Part shown: one piece after another, positions 52,004 to 62,149 of the stretch
How positions within the stretch are numbered: position 1 is the stretch's first letter
Layout: every line of letters starts with the position of its first letter
Assembly: GCA_963811165.1 (NCBI GenBank)
Contig: CAWEQH010000004.1
Coordinates: forward strand, 768,001-832,000
DNA: 64,000 bases
From: an uncultured Nitrospiraceae bacterium
GTDB lineage: Bacteria > Nitrospirota > Thermodesulfovibrionia > Thermodesulfovibrionales > UBA6898
Reading direction: 5' to 3'
Made by a program: the position numbers and the translations under genes
The notes under the pieces: model-generated
The model's input: only the letters and a program-made list of their open reading frames with translations
What the model was told of the DNA's origin: nothing
Database searches by the model: none

Positions 52004-53368
52004 ATGTTGCAGTTACTTTTGCCTTTTCAGATATTCTTTATACCGGGACTGATACTTCTTTTGCTCTGGTGCATGTATTGTGTCGTCGTGAAAAAGGACA
52101 GGGCGGTCGGCCTAGTATTGTATATCTCTCTGGTGATAATCGTAGATGGCTTCTTAAACACAGGTTTTTATATCCCGGGACTGGATCAGGGCAGCATAAG
52201 GTATTCCGAGATTTGTGCCTTTTTCTTATTCCTCAGCGGCACGGCAAAAGGACTGCCGGAACACAATGATCGCACGATCATATTCTTGGCGTTCCTCTAT
52301 TTTCTTCTCATGTTCTTTTCGGGCATGAGGGGCTATACCTTAATAGACGGTATTTCGGAGTTTCGGAGGATTATGGTGCCGCAAATAATATCTTTTGTCC
52401 TTGCATATAAGGGATTTAAGAGCAGGGAGGATTACAAAAGGTTTTTGTTTTTTTTGGGTACACTTCTTATCATCATCGGCCTAGTTACCTTTTGGGATGT
52501 TTTTTTCGATCGTTCTCTCCTCAAGAGCGATATGCTGTACAAACCTGAATATTGGCAGAATCGAAAAAATGGAAGATTCGGAAGCTTTTTCTTAAATCCC
52601 AATCTTATGGGTGCATTTGGCGTCCTTGTCTTCCCCGTGATGTTTATCAGGACATTTATTGAGGAGATCAGATGGAAGAGGATATACTGCGCCGTCGGAT
52701 TGCTGGCCCTTTCTTTTGCTCTGATCGAGACCCAATCAAGAGGGCCTTTATTGGGACTTGTTATGTCTCTGTTCTTTCTGTTTGCAATACCTACGAGAAC
52801 TTTGTCCATGATGAAGAAAATCGGATATTTGCTGTTGTTTTTAACTGTCTTTTATCTGTTCATGCCTGGATTCTTCGCACATGTAACAGAACGGTTTGAT
52901 GACGTGGAATCGGAAACGAACACGGAGGCGGTATCAAGGCAGACCATGTGGTCCTTCACTCAAAGGATCATCCGCGACTACCCTTTGGCTGGTATCGGAT
53001 TCGGAGAGAAGCAATATATCGAATACGCATTGCAATATGGTTTTAAAGAGGAATATTCGGGCATGCCCCTTGACAATCCGCACAATTCATATCTTGAGAT
53101 GGCGGTGTGTGCCGGCACTCCTGCACTCGTTATATTCATCCTGTTCAATGCTGTAATGGTAAAAAAGGGAATGGGTGTCATTTTGGTGCACAAAGGGAAT
53201 GAGATTTCTCTATATTTGGCGGGATTACTTGCCGGCATCCTTGGCTTTCTCGCGTCTGCTTTTGTGGACATGCATATGTTCACGGAAACGGTGGCTCCCG
53301 CTTATTGGATGACCTGCGGTCTCGCCTATTCGATGATCCGTTCGGCGGAGACGTTCGAGGAAGTATGA
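52004..53368 (+). CDS. Wzy polymerase / O-antigen ligase family protein
   Basis: NPNLMG, TQSRG, PLAGIG, PHNSYLE; multiple TMs. Confidence 0.87.
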   Translation: MLQLLLPFQIFFIPGLILLLLWCMYCVVVKKDRAVGLVLYISLVIIVDGFLNTGFYIPGLDQGSIRYSEICAFFLFLSGTAKGLPEHNDRTIIFLAFLYFLLMFFSGMRGYTLIDGISEFRRIMVPQIISFVLAYKGFKSREDYKRFLFFLGTLLIIIGLVTFWDVFFDRSLLKSDMLYKPEYWQNRKNGRFGSFFLNPNLMGAFGVLVFPVMFIRTFIEEIRWKRIYCAVGLLALSFALIETQSRGPLLGLVMSLFFLFAIPTRTLSMMKKIGYLLLFLTVFYLFMPGFFAHVTERFDDVESETNTEAVSRQTMWSFTQRIIRDYPLAGIGFGEKQYIEYALQYGFKEEYSGMPLDNPHNSYLEMAVCAGTPALVIFILFNAVMVKKGMGVILVHKGNEISLYLAGLLAGILGFLASAFVDMHMFTETVAPAYWMTCGLAYSMIRSAETFEEV

Positions 53369-54165
53369 GGGTACTAATATTGACTTCATACACGGCGGCA
53401 AATATTTATTTGGTCAACTACTTAACCGCCAAACATAATGTAGTTGCAAAGATAATTGAAAAACGACCCCTGGCCCTGACATTTGAAGAAAAGCTGAAAA
53501 GACGCAAGAAAATGCTGAACAAATATGGTTTCTATAAAACAATAAACAAGTTGCTTTATAACAAATATAGGGCCTATGTGAACAAAAAGGGGAGGGATGA
53601 AATCATAGGGCAATCATTATTTTCCGGACTTGGTAATGCGCATTATGAAAAAAATGTCCCCTCAATAGAGGTCTCTGATATAAATGAACCGAAATGCGTT
53701 GAATTTATATCATTGCACAACCCGGATATTATTGCGGTCTGCGGAACGACTGTCTTGAAGCCCCCGGTTTTTGAACTCTCCAGGAGAGGCACTATAAACA
53801 TACATACCGGCATTATTCCTGAGTACAGAAGTGCAGACCCGATATTTTGGGCGCTGTACAATAATGAGCCGGACAACGTTGGCGTTACCGTTCACTTTGT
53901 AGACAAGGGGATCGATACCGGGCCTATCATTTATCAGCAGAGGGTGGGTGTTACAAGGGATGATAAGCTTGAAACCCTTTACTGTAGATGCATAAAAAAA
54001 GGAGCTGAACTGATGTCGCAGGCGATCAGTGACATAGAAAATGGTGAAGTAAAAGCTATGAGAAAGGACGGCGTACAGGGCAAGGCATATTATCATATGG
54101 ATCTTGGCATATGGGAGTATTTAGTCTTTCAACGGAGATTTTGCAAACTGAAGAGAACTCTATGA
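53365..54165 (+). CDS. Formyltransferase (10-formyl-THF-dependent family)
   Basis: INIHTGIIPEYRS, GVTVHFVDKGIDTGPII; ATGA overlap with upstream stop. Confidence 0.88.
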   Translation: MRVLILTSYTAANIYLVNYLTAKHNVVAKIIEKRPLALTFEEKLKRRKKMLNKYGFYKTINKLLYNKYRAYVNKKGRDEIIGQSLFSGLGNAHYEKNVPSIEVSDINEPKCVEFISLHNPDIIAVCGTTVLKPPVFELSRRGTINIHTGIIPEYRSADPIFWALYNNEPDNVGVTVHFVDKGIDTGPIIYQQRVGVTRDDKLETLYCRCIKKGAELMSQAISDIENGEVKAMRKDGVQGKAYYHMDLGIWEYLVFQRRFCKLKRTL

Positions 54166-55478
54166 GCGATGATTCCCGCGAGGACTATAAAAAATATCGT
54201 TGGTCACTTCGGACAGATGATGTCATGAAGAAAATACTGGACAAGATAAAAAAGAGATACTTCCATTCTAGAAATTCATATATGCATTCCGGGGACAAGC
54301 CGAAACGATTAATAATCGAGAAGGCGAAATGGTTCAATAATGCTGACAGCCCCGTCATGTTGATGATAGACGATCTGGCAAATGCCTGGTACTGCACGAA
54401 TGGGACCAAGACGTGGGATCATGGGGGAGACTGGGGTGGAGGACTGGACAGAAGCGGCTCAGTCATCTCTTTCTTAAGGGAAAAGCTTTTAAAAGACTTC
54501 CCTGAAGTAAGAGTAACCTTTTTTGCTGTCGCAGGAAGGATCAGCCAATACACACACCATCAACCATTTACCTATGCAGAAGCGCTCGATGCAAACGAGG
54601 AAGCGAAGGCATTTTTTAAGAAAATGTGTGATGATGACAGGTTTGAGATCGCCTATCACGGCTTTGATCATGGTACTCCTGGGACGAATACGGAAGGTTT
54701 CGTACAGGAATGGAGAGGATTCGGGTCAGTGGACGATGCCTGCGAACAAATCAGCAGAGGCAAGGAAATATTCAAAGAGGTTCTTGGTGAATATCCGAAA
54801 GGAGGAAAATACGGCGGCTGGCAGTATAATGATTTGGCCGACGAATCCATCGATAGGAGTTCGTTCTCATGGTGGTGCAGGGATTGGATGCCGAGGGATA
54901 CACTCGGTCGGGTGTGTGACGGGTATTATGAGCCCCAATTCTTTGGCCACAACTTTGTCGTGGCACTTCCCTCAACGATACATGGGTTTTATTGGAGCAA
55001 ACATCAGATCGACAAACTTATCGAAAAGAAACAGATCATTTCCATAGAGGAGCATATCGCACCTCTTAGACCGGATGGCCGAATCCAGACACCCAACGTT
55101 ATTGACGACATTCACGAACTCACAGCACTTTTCAGATACTTGCGAGGCAAAAAAGTCTGGCACGCGACGGGAACAGACATTGCCAATTATTTTGTTGCCT
55201 TTACCCGCAGTGTAATTTATGACGTAACCGAGGACAGCTTTAAAATCAGGTATTCCGGCAGAGCCGAAAGACCACCATTGACTTTAAGACTTGATTGCTC
55301 TGGAATTTGTACTCCACAAAAACCCTATATTCATGTGAAACTTCCGGAAAGCGCTCACTTAACTGCACGGGACTACCGATATGATACAATGCGCTGTCGG
55401 CATTGGGTGAATATTCCCGTTCTTGACGGTGAATATACGATTGAGGCAACTTCTGCACCGTGTGATTGTTTCAACTAA
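54162..55478 (+). CDS. NodB/CE4-like (DUF2334-like) putative deacetylase
   Basis: MLMIDD, VTFFAV, EIAYHGFDH, QEW; ATGA overlap start. Confidence 0.65.
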   Translation: MSDDSREDYKKYRWSLRTDDVMKKILDKIKKRYFHSRNSYMHSGDKPKRLIIEKAKWFNNADSPVMLMIDDLANAWYCTNGTKTWDHGGDWGGGLDRSGSVISFLREKLLKDFPEVRVTFFAVAGRISQYTHHQPFTYAEALDANEEAKAFFKKMCDDDRFEIAYHGFDHGTPGTNTEGFVQEWRGFGSVDDACEQISRGKEIFKEVLGEYPKGGKYGGWQYNDLADESIDRSSFSWWCRDWMPRDTLGRVCDGYYEPQFFGHNFVVALPSTIHGFYWSKHQIDKLIEKKQIISIEEHIAPLRPDGRIQTPNVIDDIHELTALFRYLRGKKVWHATGTDIANYFVAFTRSVIYDVTEDSFKIRYSGRAERPPLTLRLDCSGICTPQKPYIHVKLPESAHLTARDYRYDTMRCRHWVNIPVLDGEYTIEATSAPCDCFN

Positions 55479-55520
55479 ACGGGAAACTTCTGAAGGGATA
55501 CTCACGAGTAGCGAGAAAAG

Positions 55521-56615
55521 TTGTCAAGGAGCAAGCTGTTCGCAGTGAGAAAAGTATTGAACCCGAAAAAAAACGATATTTTATTAGTAGGCTCATATCC
55601 GCCTCCCTTTGGAGGTCAGTCCGTTCATATTCAGAGTCTGCATTCCCATCTGAAGGACAATGACTTCAGCGTAACAATCTTGAATACGGGTGTTAACAAA
55701 TTAATAGGAACAAGAGAAATCATCAGCATCAAGAGTTCGGGAGATTTGCTAATTTCGCTTCTCTTCAAGTATAACACTCGGCTCCTTCACTTACATGTAG
55801 CGAACTTCGAAGATTTAGGCAAATTGATTCCGGTGTTCGCCGCTGCCATCTTTAAGAAATTCATATGGGTTTTGACTATCCATTCCGGGAATATCGACTT
55901 GACATTGAATAACGGGACATCGGTGCGGAAATTCTTGATTAAGTCAATGTTGTCGCGGGTCGATAAAGTAATTTGTGTCAATGACACAATCAGGGATATT
56001 CTTTCAAAATGGATACATTGTGAAAAGCTCGTGGTTATCCCGGCATTCTATTTTAATTTTGTAGAAAAAAAAACGTCAGAAGAAATAGAAACCTTCTTAA
56101 ATACTCATGATCCGGTTATCAGCTGCGTGGGGTTTTATGAGCCAGTATATGGATTTGATTTGGCATTACTTTCCATTAAAGAACTTATGAAAAATTATAA
56201 GAAGATCGGGTTAATTATTATGGGTGATAAAAAAGGGGAGTCGCTGCGATACGAGACTATGATTCATGAGCACCGGCTGAGTAATCATGTATTTCTGGCC
56301 GGCAACATGGATCATGATGAGTGTTTGTCAGTAATCAAGAGATCCGCATTATTTTTACGGCCCACATTGTTCGACGGTGATTCAATTTCTGTAAGAGAAG
56401 CCTTAGCAATGAACGTTCCGGTTGTAGCTAGCAATACTGAATTTCGGCCTGTAGGTGTGGATGTTTTTAACGGCAGAAATCTCGAAGATATGGTAAAGAA
56501 AATGGTCCTTCGTTTGGGAAGCAATGTTTGTAGATCGGGGTGCACAAATAGCGATCTGAGTAACGTGGAGAAAATCCGGAGAGCGTACACGACTCTTATG
56601 GAGCCTGGACGGTAA
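55521..56615 (+). CDS. GT4 glycosyltransferase
   Basis: YPPPFGGQSVH, RPTLFDGDSISVREAL. Confidence 0.88.
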   Translation: MSRSKLFAVRKVLNPKKNDILLVGSYPPPFGGQSVHIQSLHSHLKDNDFSVTILNTGVNKLIGTREIISIKSSGDLLISLLFKYNTRLLHLHVANFEDLGKLIPVFAAAIFKKFIWVLTIHSGNIDLTLNNGTSVRKFLIKSMLSRVDKVICVNDTIRDILSKWIHCEKLVVIPAFYFNFVEKKTSEEIETFLNTHDPVISCVGFYEPVYGFDLALLSIKELMKNYKKIGLIIMGDKKGESLRYETMIHEHRLSNHVFLAGNMDHDECLSVIKRSALFLRPTLFDGDSISVREALAMNVPVVASNTEFRPVGVDVFNGRNLEDMVKKMVLRLGSNVCRSGCTNSDLSNVEKIRRAYTTLMEPGR

Positions 56616-56650
56616 AGTCATGTCTTTGGTAAGAAGGTAAGTCAGGCACA

Positions 56651-57556
56651 ATGTATTTGGTTAGCGTAATAATTCCCGCATACAATAGCGAACGGTATGT
56701 CGTGGAGGCGGTTCAGTCGGTGTTCACTCAGACGTGCAAGGATTATGAAGTCATTATTATAGATGACGGGTCAAGTGACCAGACCGTCGAACGTATTAGA
56801 CCTTACGCCATGTTGAGTAACTTTAGCATTATAGAACAAGCTAACTCCGGTCCTTCGAAGGCGCGCAATCGTGGAATTAAAGCTGCTCGCGGCAAATACT
56901 GTGCTTTTTTAGATTCCGACGACATTATGATGCCTGAGAGACTTGCATTGCAGGTCACAAAAATGGAGGAAAAGCCAGAGGTGGGAATGGTCTACTGTGA
57001 CTTGATGACGTTCAACGATAGAGGCATGGTTCATTCGACAAAAAAAATCTTCATAAAACCCTATTCCGGGGCGGTTCTAGAAAAATTAGTTCTGGATAAC
57101 TTTATTACGACGTCGACCGTTATGGCAAGAAAAGAATGTTTTGAGAAAGTCGGTTTTTTTGATGAAACGATACGGCATTCTGAGGATTATAAAATGTGGC
57201 TTAATATTGCAAAGGAATATGAAATCGAATACCTTGATATTCCGCTAGTGAAGTATAGGTATCAGTCAGATGGTCTTTCAAGTAATAAGGTGGCAATGAC
57301 CACTTCATCTTTTAATATTATCAATGATTTCTGGGAGGGGAATCGAGAATATAAAAGAAAACATAATATCTTATACAGAATGTCAATTGCCCACCAATTA
57401 ACGAATATGGGTAATGCTTACTACTACTTCGAAAAATATAGTCGGTCAGCGAAGTTCCTAATTGAATCTTTGATCACTTACCCTTTTTTTAAAGAAACGT
57501 ACAAGACAATCATGAGACTGATGTTAAAGAGCTTTCGAAAGAAACTCTTGGAGTAA
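56651..57556 (+). CDS. GT2 glycosyltransferase
   Basis: VIIPAYN, DDGSSD, ARNRG, FLDSDD, EDY. Confidence 0.93.
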   Translation: MYLVSVIIPAYNSERYVVEAVQSVFTQTCKDYEVIIIDDGSSDQTVERIRPYAMLSNFSIIEQANSGPSKARNRGIKAARGKYCAFLDSDDIMMPERLALQVTKMEEKPEVGMVYCDLMTFNDRGMVHSTKKIFIKPYSGAVLEKLVLDNFITTSTVMARKECFEKVGFFDETIRHSEDYKMWLNIAKEYEIEYLDIPLVKYRYQSDGLSSNKVAMTTSSFNIINDFWEGNREYKRKHNILYRMSIAHQLTNMGNAYYYFEKYSRSAKFLIESLITYPFFKETYKTIMRLMLKSFRKKLLE

Positions 57557-57622
57557 AGTCGCGTCAACTAATCAGCCGAAATTGCGGAACGTTCTAATCC
57601 AAAACATAATGGAGGTTAACAA

Positions 57623-58663
57623 ATGGAGCATTTAAAAGTTTTTGAAGGGAAGACTGTCCTCGTAACCGGAGGAGCTGGTGCTATCGGAAGCAACTTGACC
57701 GCTGCTCTTTCCGATGCTAAGGCCGCTAAGATCATCGTCTTGGATGACCTTTCGTCAGCAGAAAGGTGGAACATACCTTCACGGTCGAATGTGCTCTTCG
57801 TGGAGGGAAGCATATTAAATGAGGTCTTGCTGAAAAGAGTTTTCATGGAACGGCCGGAATATGTATTTCACCTTGCCGCCTTTTTTGCAAATCAAAATTC
57901 CGTTGACCATCCTGAACTGGACCTTATGACCAATGGACTTGGCACGCTGAAAATTCTGCAATACGCCGTTATGAATGGCGTGAAGAGAGTGGTTTATGCT
58001 TCTTCAGGTTGCGCTATTTACGGCAGCGATGCACCTCTCCCCTTGACGGAAGAATTTACATCTATGAACCTAAGTTCGCCGTATCAGATTACCAAGATGC
58101 TCGGCGAGCTCTACGGCAACTTTTTTAGAAATCATTATAATCTTCCGGTTGTAAAAGCGAGATTCTTTAATTCCTACGGACCCGGCGAGGTGCCCGGTCA
58201 GTATAGAAACGTTATCCCCAATTTCATTTACTGGGCACTTCAAGGAAGAGCTCTGCCCATAACCGGAACCGGTGAGGAGACAAGAGACTTTACGTTTGTC
58301 GGTGATCTCCTGGATGGAATCCTGCGGGGGGCATATTACAATGAGGCAATCGGTGAGGAATTTAACCTTGCGTCGGGTCGCGAAACGAGAATTATCGATC
58401 TCGCAAATATGATCAATAGCTTAACTGGCAATACCGCAGGGATTAGTTTTACGCAGCGAAGAAAGTGGGATACCAAAAGCAGATTGTTGGCTTCGACAAG
58501 CAAAGCTTTCAGACTGATGGGATACGAACCCAAGATGGATTTTGAGCAGGGGTTAAGAAGGACTATCGACTGGTTTAAACAGAACTGGTCAGACATTGAG
58601 AAGGCGGCTCGATTCGCTCCCGGCATGTCTGCAGCCGTCACGGGATATTCTGCAAAGTCGTGA
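57623..58663 (+). CDS. NAD-dependent nucleotide-sugar epimerase/dehydratase
   Basis: TGGAGAIG, YASSG, YQITK, RFFNSYGP, TRDFTFV. Confidence 0.92.
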   Translation: MEHLKVFEGKTVLVTGGAGAIGSNLTAALSDAKAAKIIVLDDLSSAERWNIPSRSNVLFVEGSILNEVLLKRVFMERPEYVFHLAAFFANQNSVDHPELDLMTNGLGTLKILQYAVMNGVKRVVYASSGCAIYGSDAPLPLTEEFTSMNLSSPYQITKMLGELYGNFFRNHYNLPVVKARFFNSYGPGEVPGQYRNVIPNFIYWALQGRALPITGTGEETRDFTFVGDLLDGILRGAYYNEAIGEEFNLASGRETRIIDLANMINSLTGNTAGISFTQRRKWDTKSRLLASTSKAFRLMGYEPKMDFEQGLRRTIDWFKQNWSDIEKAARFAPGMSAAVTGYSAKS

Positions 58664-58811
58664 GAGAAGTGGTATCAAAAAAGAATGCTGACAGTGCAGG
58701 AGATACAAAAGAGTTATCGGTTGAAAGGAGGGGACCCGGCGGGAAGGTTGGCCGCGAGCTCTGCCAAATAAAGCTCTTGCGTTTGGCTATAATCAACTGC
58801 CGGCGGTTACC

Positions 58812-59918
58812 ATGAAGAAGGTACTCATCATTTTTGGGACACGGCCAGAAGCTATAAAGATGGCTCCTGTCATAAAGGAATTAGAAAGGGTTAACAATTG
58901 TTTTAGGGTTCTTACCTGCGTGACCGCTCAGCATCGCAAAATGCTCGACCAGGTACTATCACTATTCAATATTCATCCTGATTTTGACTTGAATCTAATG
59001 GAGCGCAACCAGACTCTCGGAAATTTAACAGCGAAAGCTGTCACAAGCATCGTAGATGTGTTGAGCAGGATTACCCCTGACATTGTCTTGGTTCAAGGAG
59101 ATACAACAACCGCAATGGCTGCCGGCTTGGCAAGCTTTTATCAAAAAATTCCGGTTGGACATGTCGAAGCCGGTTTGAGGACCTCTGACCGGTACAATCC
59201 ATTCCCTGAAGAGATTAATCGTAGGATTTTAGGCACGTTAAGCAGTTATCACTTTTGTCCCACGCAGAGGACCGTCGACGCCTTGGTGAGAGAAGGCTTT
59301 ATCAAAGAAAATATCTACTTGACCGGGAATACAGTTATAGATGCCCTTTTCATGACACTCTCTAAAAACGGGAAAGTATCCTCAAACATATCCCTCAATG
59401 GCAAGAAAGTTATTCTTGTTACTGCACATCGGAGGGAGAACTTCGGTAAACCAATAGAAAACATTTGCGCTGCTTTAAAGGTGATCGCGGGTCTGCACGA
59501 CGATGTTCAGATCTTTTATCCCGTTCATCCAAATCCCAATATCTATGATCCTGTCTATCGAATATTGTCCGATGTAAAGGGTATCCACTTGCTCGATCCG
59601 CTTGAATATGAACAATGCGTACATCTTATGAAGGAAGCATATATTATTCTCACCGATTCCGGGGGGATACAGGAAGAAGCTCCCTCACTGGGCATCCCTG
59701 TCTTAGTGATGCGTGAAACTACCGAGCGTCCCGAGGCCATTGAAGCGGGTGTAGGAAGATTGGTTGGTACTCAAACTTTAAATATCGTATCCCAGGTAGA
59801 AAGACTCCTAAGTTCTAAAAGCGAGTATCGGGAAATGGCGCGGTCAATTAATCCATATGGTGATGGAAGAGCGGCAGAGAGGATTGTGAAGATTTTGAAG
59901 GAGCGTCTGGACGCCTGA
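58812..59918 (+). CDS. wecB: UDP-N-acetylglucosamine 2-epimerase (non-hydrolysing)
   Basis: GTRPEAIKMAP, TAQHR, HVEAGLRT, TAHRREN, DSGGIQEEAPSLG, NPYGDG. Confidence 0.96.
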   Translation: MKKVLIIFGTRPEAIKMAPVIKELERVNNCFRVLTCVTAQHRKMLDQVLSLFNIHPDFDLNLMERNQTLGNLTAKAVTSIVDVLSRITPDIVLVQGDTTTAMAAGLASFYQKIPVGHVEAGLRTSDRYNPFPEEINRRILGTLSSYHFCPTQRTVDALVREGFIKENIYLTGNTVIDALFMTLSKNGKVSSNISLNGKKVILVTAHRRENFGKPIENICAALKVIAGLHDDVQIFYPVHPNPNIYDPVYRILSDVKGIHLLDPLEYEQCVHLMKEAYIILTDSGGIQEEAPSLGIPVLVMRETTERPEAIEAGVGRLVGTQTLNIVSQVERLLSSKSEYREMARSINPYGDGRAAERIVKILKERLDA

Positions 59919-60052
59919 CAATAGTGAAGGAAATGATTTGTCGCGAAAGTGGGATTAATATAATCAAGTAAGGCCCGCATGACAACTGGCCGAACTCTCA
60001 ACGCCGAATCACACAAATATAGTATGTATAGCTTAGTGGGGGAAAAGATATT

Positions 60053-61291
60053 ATGAAGATACTTTTTGTTATGGAAGATTCTATACCCAGAGACATGGGA
60101 TGTCCTGTTCGCAACAAATATCTTATGGAGAATCTTAAAGAAATGGGGCTGGACGTGCTTGGGCTAACATCTCCCTTCATGGAATTACTTCCCGGAGAAC
60201 TCGGTAAAGGGTGGGAGATAATCAATGACATACGCTATCATAGAAGTCAATATTTGAATTCCATCAAGAATGTCTCAAATCCCATTTTGCGGTGGGCAAA
60301 ACGCGTTCCGATGTTCACAAAATACTGTAAACTGCTTGAAGCGATATGCCTGCAGGAAAAACCAGATATTATCCATTCAATTACTTCTTATTTCAACGGT
60401 AATGCGGCCAACAGGATTGGAATGAAACTGAATATCCCTCGACTGTACGAAGTAAGGTCTGTTGCCGGGTCTGCTGCCGCTGTGATCGACGGTAAGTCAT
60501 ACAACTCCTTCAAATATCAAACTGTTTGGAGACTTGACAAAAAAGCTATGTTGTCGGCGACGCGGGTGGCCCCGTTGTCTGAGGCTTTAAAAAAGGAACT
60601 TGTCGGGCGCGGAATCCCCGAGGATAAGATGGATGTGGTTCATAACGCTATAGATGTCGATAAGTTCACTCCACAAGAACGGTCGGCAGTACTTGTCCAA
60701 AGATATAATTTGCACAATAAAACGGTCATAGGATTTATAGGGTCCACGCGCAAGATCGAAGGACTTTCTCTTTTAATAAAAGCGGCGCCGCAAATTACGA
60801 GGCGGTGCACGGATGTCGTATTTCTAATTATCGGCGATGGCGACGATCTGGAAAACTTGAAGAAATTGTCTCATCAGCTTGGCGTTGCAAGTTCATTTAT
60901 TTTTGCGGGCAGAATACCACACGATAAAATACATCAATATTATTCCGTAATAGATATTTTTACTATTCCCAGAATTGATGCATTAGTGAATCAGACAGTG
61001 ACGCCGCTGAAACCTCTCGAAGCGATGGCGACCGAGAAAGTTGTCCTGGCAAGCGACGTAGGCGGACTTGCAGAGGCGATACAACCGGGAAAGACAGGTA
61101 TCCTGTTTAAGGCAGACGATGTATCGGATCTGGCCGCGAAAGTTATCGATCTGGCACAGGACAAACAGAAGCGGCTCGTTATCGGGAAAGCTGCCAGAGA
61201 ATGGATTATCAAGAATAGACAATGGAAAGATATGATGAAACTCTATATGCACATTTATGAGAAAACATTTGATCAAGCAAGAAATGGTTAG
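60053..61291 (+). CDS. GT4 glycosyltransferase
   Basis: YEVR, GFIGS..KIEGL, VTPLKPLEAMA, SDVGG. Confidence 0.92.
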   Translation: MKILFVMEDSIPRDMGCPVRNKYLMENLKEMGLDVLGLTSPFMELLPGELGKGWEIINDIRYHRSQYLNSIKNVSNPILRWAKRVPMFTKYCKLLEAICLQEKPDIIHSITSYFNGNAANRIGMKLNIPRLYEVRSVAGSAAAVIDGKSYNSFKYQTVWRLDKKAMLSATRVAPLSEALKKELVGRGIPEDKMDVVHNAIDVDKFTPQERSAVLVQRYNLHNKTVIGFIGSTRKIEGLSLLIKAAPQITRRCTDVVFLIIGDGDDLENLKKLSHQLGVASSFIFAGRIPHDKIHQYYSVIDIFTIPRIDALVNQTVTPLKPLEAMATEKVVLASDVGGLAEAIQPGKTGILFKADDVSDLAAKVIDLAQDKQKRLVIGKAAREWIIKNRQWKDMMKLYMHIYEKTFDQARNG

Positions 61292-61327
61292 CTTTCCTCA
61301 TAATGATTCATTGACATAAGAGAATTA

Positions 61328-62101
61328 ATGGGGCAAGCAATGAACATGAAAGCGATACTTGTTATAAATGCGGATGATTTTGGAAAGGATGACTTAGTGG
61401 ACCAAACTATACTTTCCAATCTATGTTCGGGTAGGGTAACGTCAGCATCGATAATGCCAAATGGCGAATCGTTTCAAAAGGCTTGTGAAATGGTTCAGAC
61501 AAAAAATATAGCAAACAGAATTGGAGTTCATCTTACCCTTGACGAAGGAGTCCCCTTGTCAGAGAAAATGAAAGGATTCACTAATATTCGGGGGGAGATG
61601 TGTCTCAAAAGGAAGCTATTCATTAATAACCGCGACTTGTTGGCGGCAGTCTATTGTGAACTGCGCGCCCAGATAGAGCATGTCATTAAGCACGGTATAA
61701 TCCCGTCTCATCTGGATTCTCACCGACATTTCCACGTAGTATTTCCCATTTCAAGAATTGTGATTGCACTCGCAAAAGAATTTGGAATCCCCTATGTGAG
61801 GATTGCGCGTAATGTAGCATGCAACTACGATATTCCGGCACGCCTATATAAGTTACTATTCAATATTTATCTTGCGAGCCGGATCAGGACGACAGACCAC
61901 TTCACTGACCTTTTTGACTTTTATGAAGGGTTTAAGGATAGATGTGTTATTAGAGGAACAATTGAGTGTATGTGCCATCTTGATGCATCTGAAAGAGGAG
62001 TAAGAGATCAAGCATTATTGCGGAGTTTGCCTTTTGAACAGTTTATATCTAACTACGAACTCATTAGTTATGCTATGTTGAGTAAGTATGAGACATTGTA
62101 A
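61328..62101 (+). CDS. ChbG/YdjC-family carbohydrate deacetylase
   Basis: INADDFG, GVHLTL, PSHLDSHRH, ECMCH. Confidence 0.9.
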   Translation: MGQAMNMKAILVINADDFGKDDLVDQTILSNLCSGRVTSASIMPNGESFQKACEMVQTKNIANRIGVHLTLDEGVPLSEKMKGFTNIRGEMCLKRKLFINNRDLLAAVYCELRAQIEHVIKHGIIPSHLDSHRHFHVVFPISRIVIALAKEFGIPYVRIARNVACNYDIPARLYKLLFNIYLASRIRTTDHFTDLFDFYEGFKDRCVIRGTIECMCHLDASERGVRDQALLRSLPFEQFISNYELISYAMLSKYETL

Positions 62102-62149
62102 TAAAGCACCTCTGCTAAGTGGCGATGTTTTAGTGTAAATGAGAAACAT

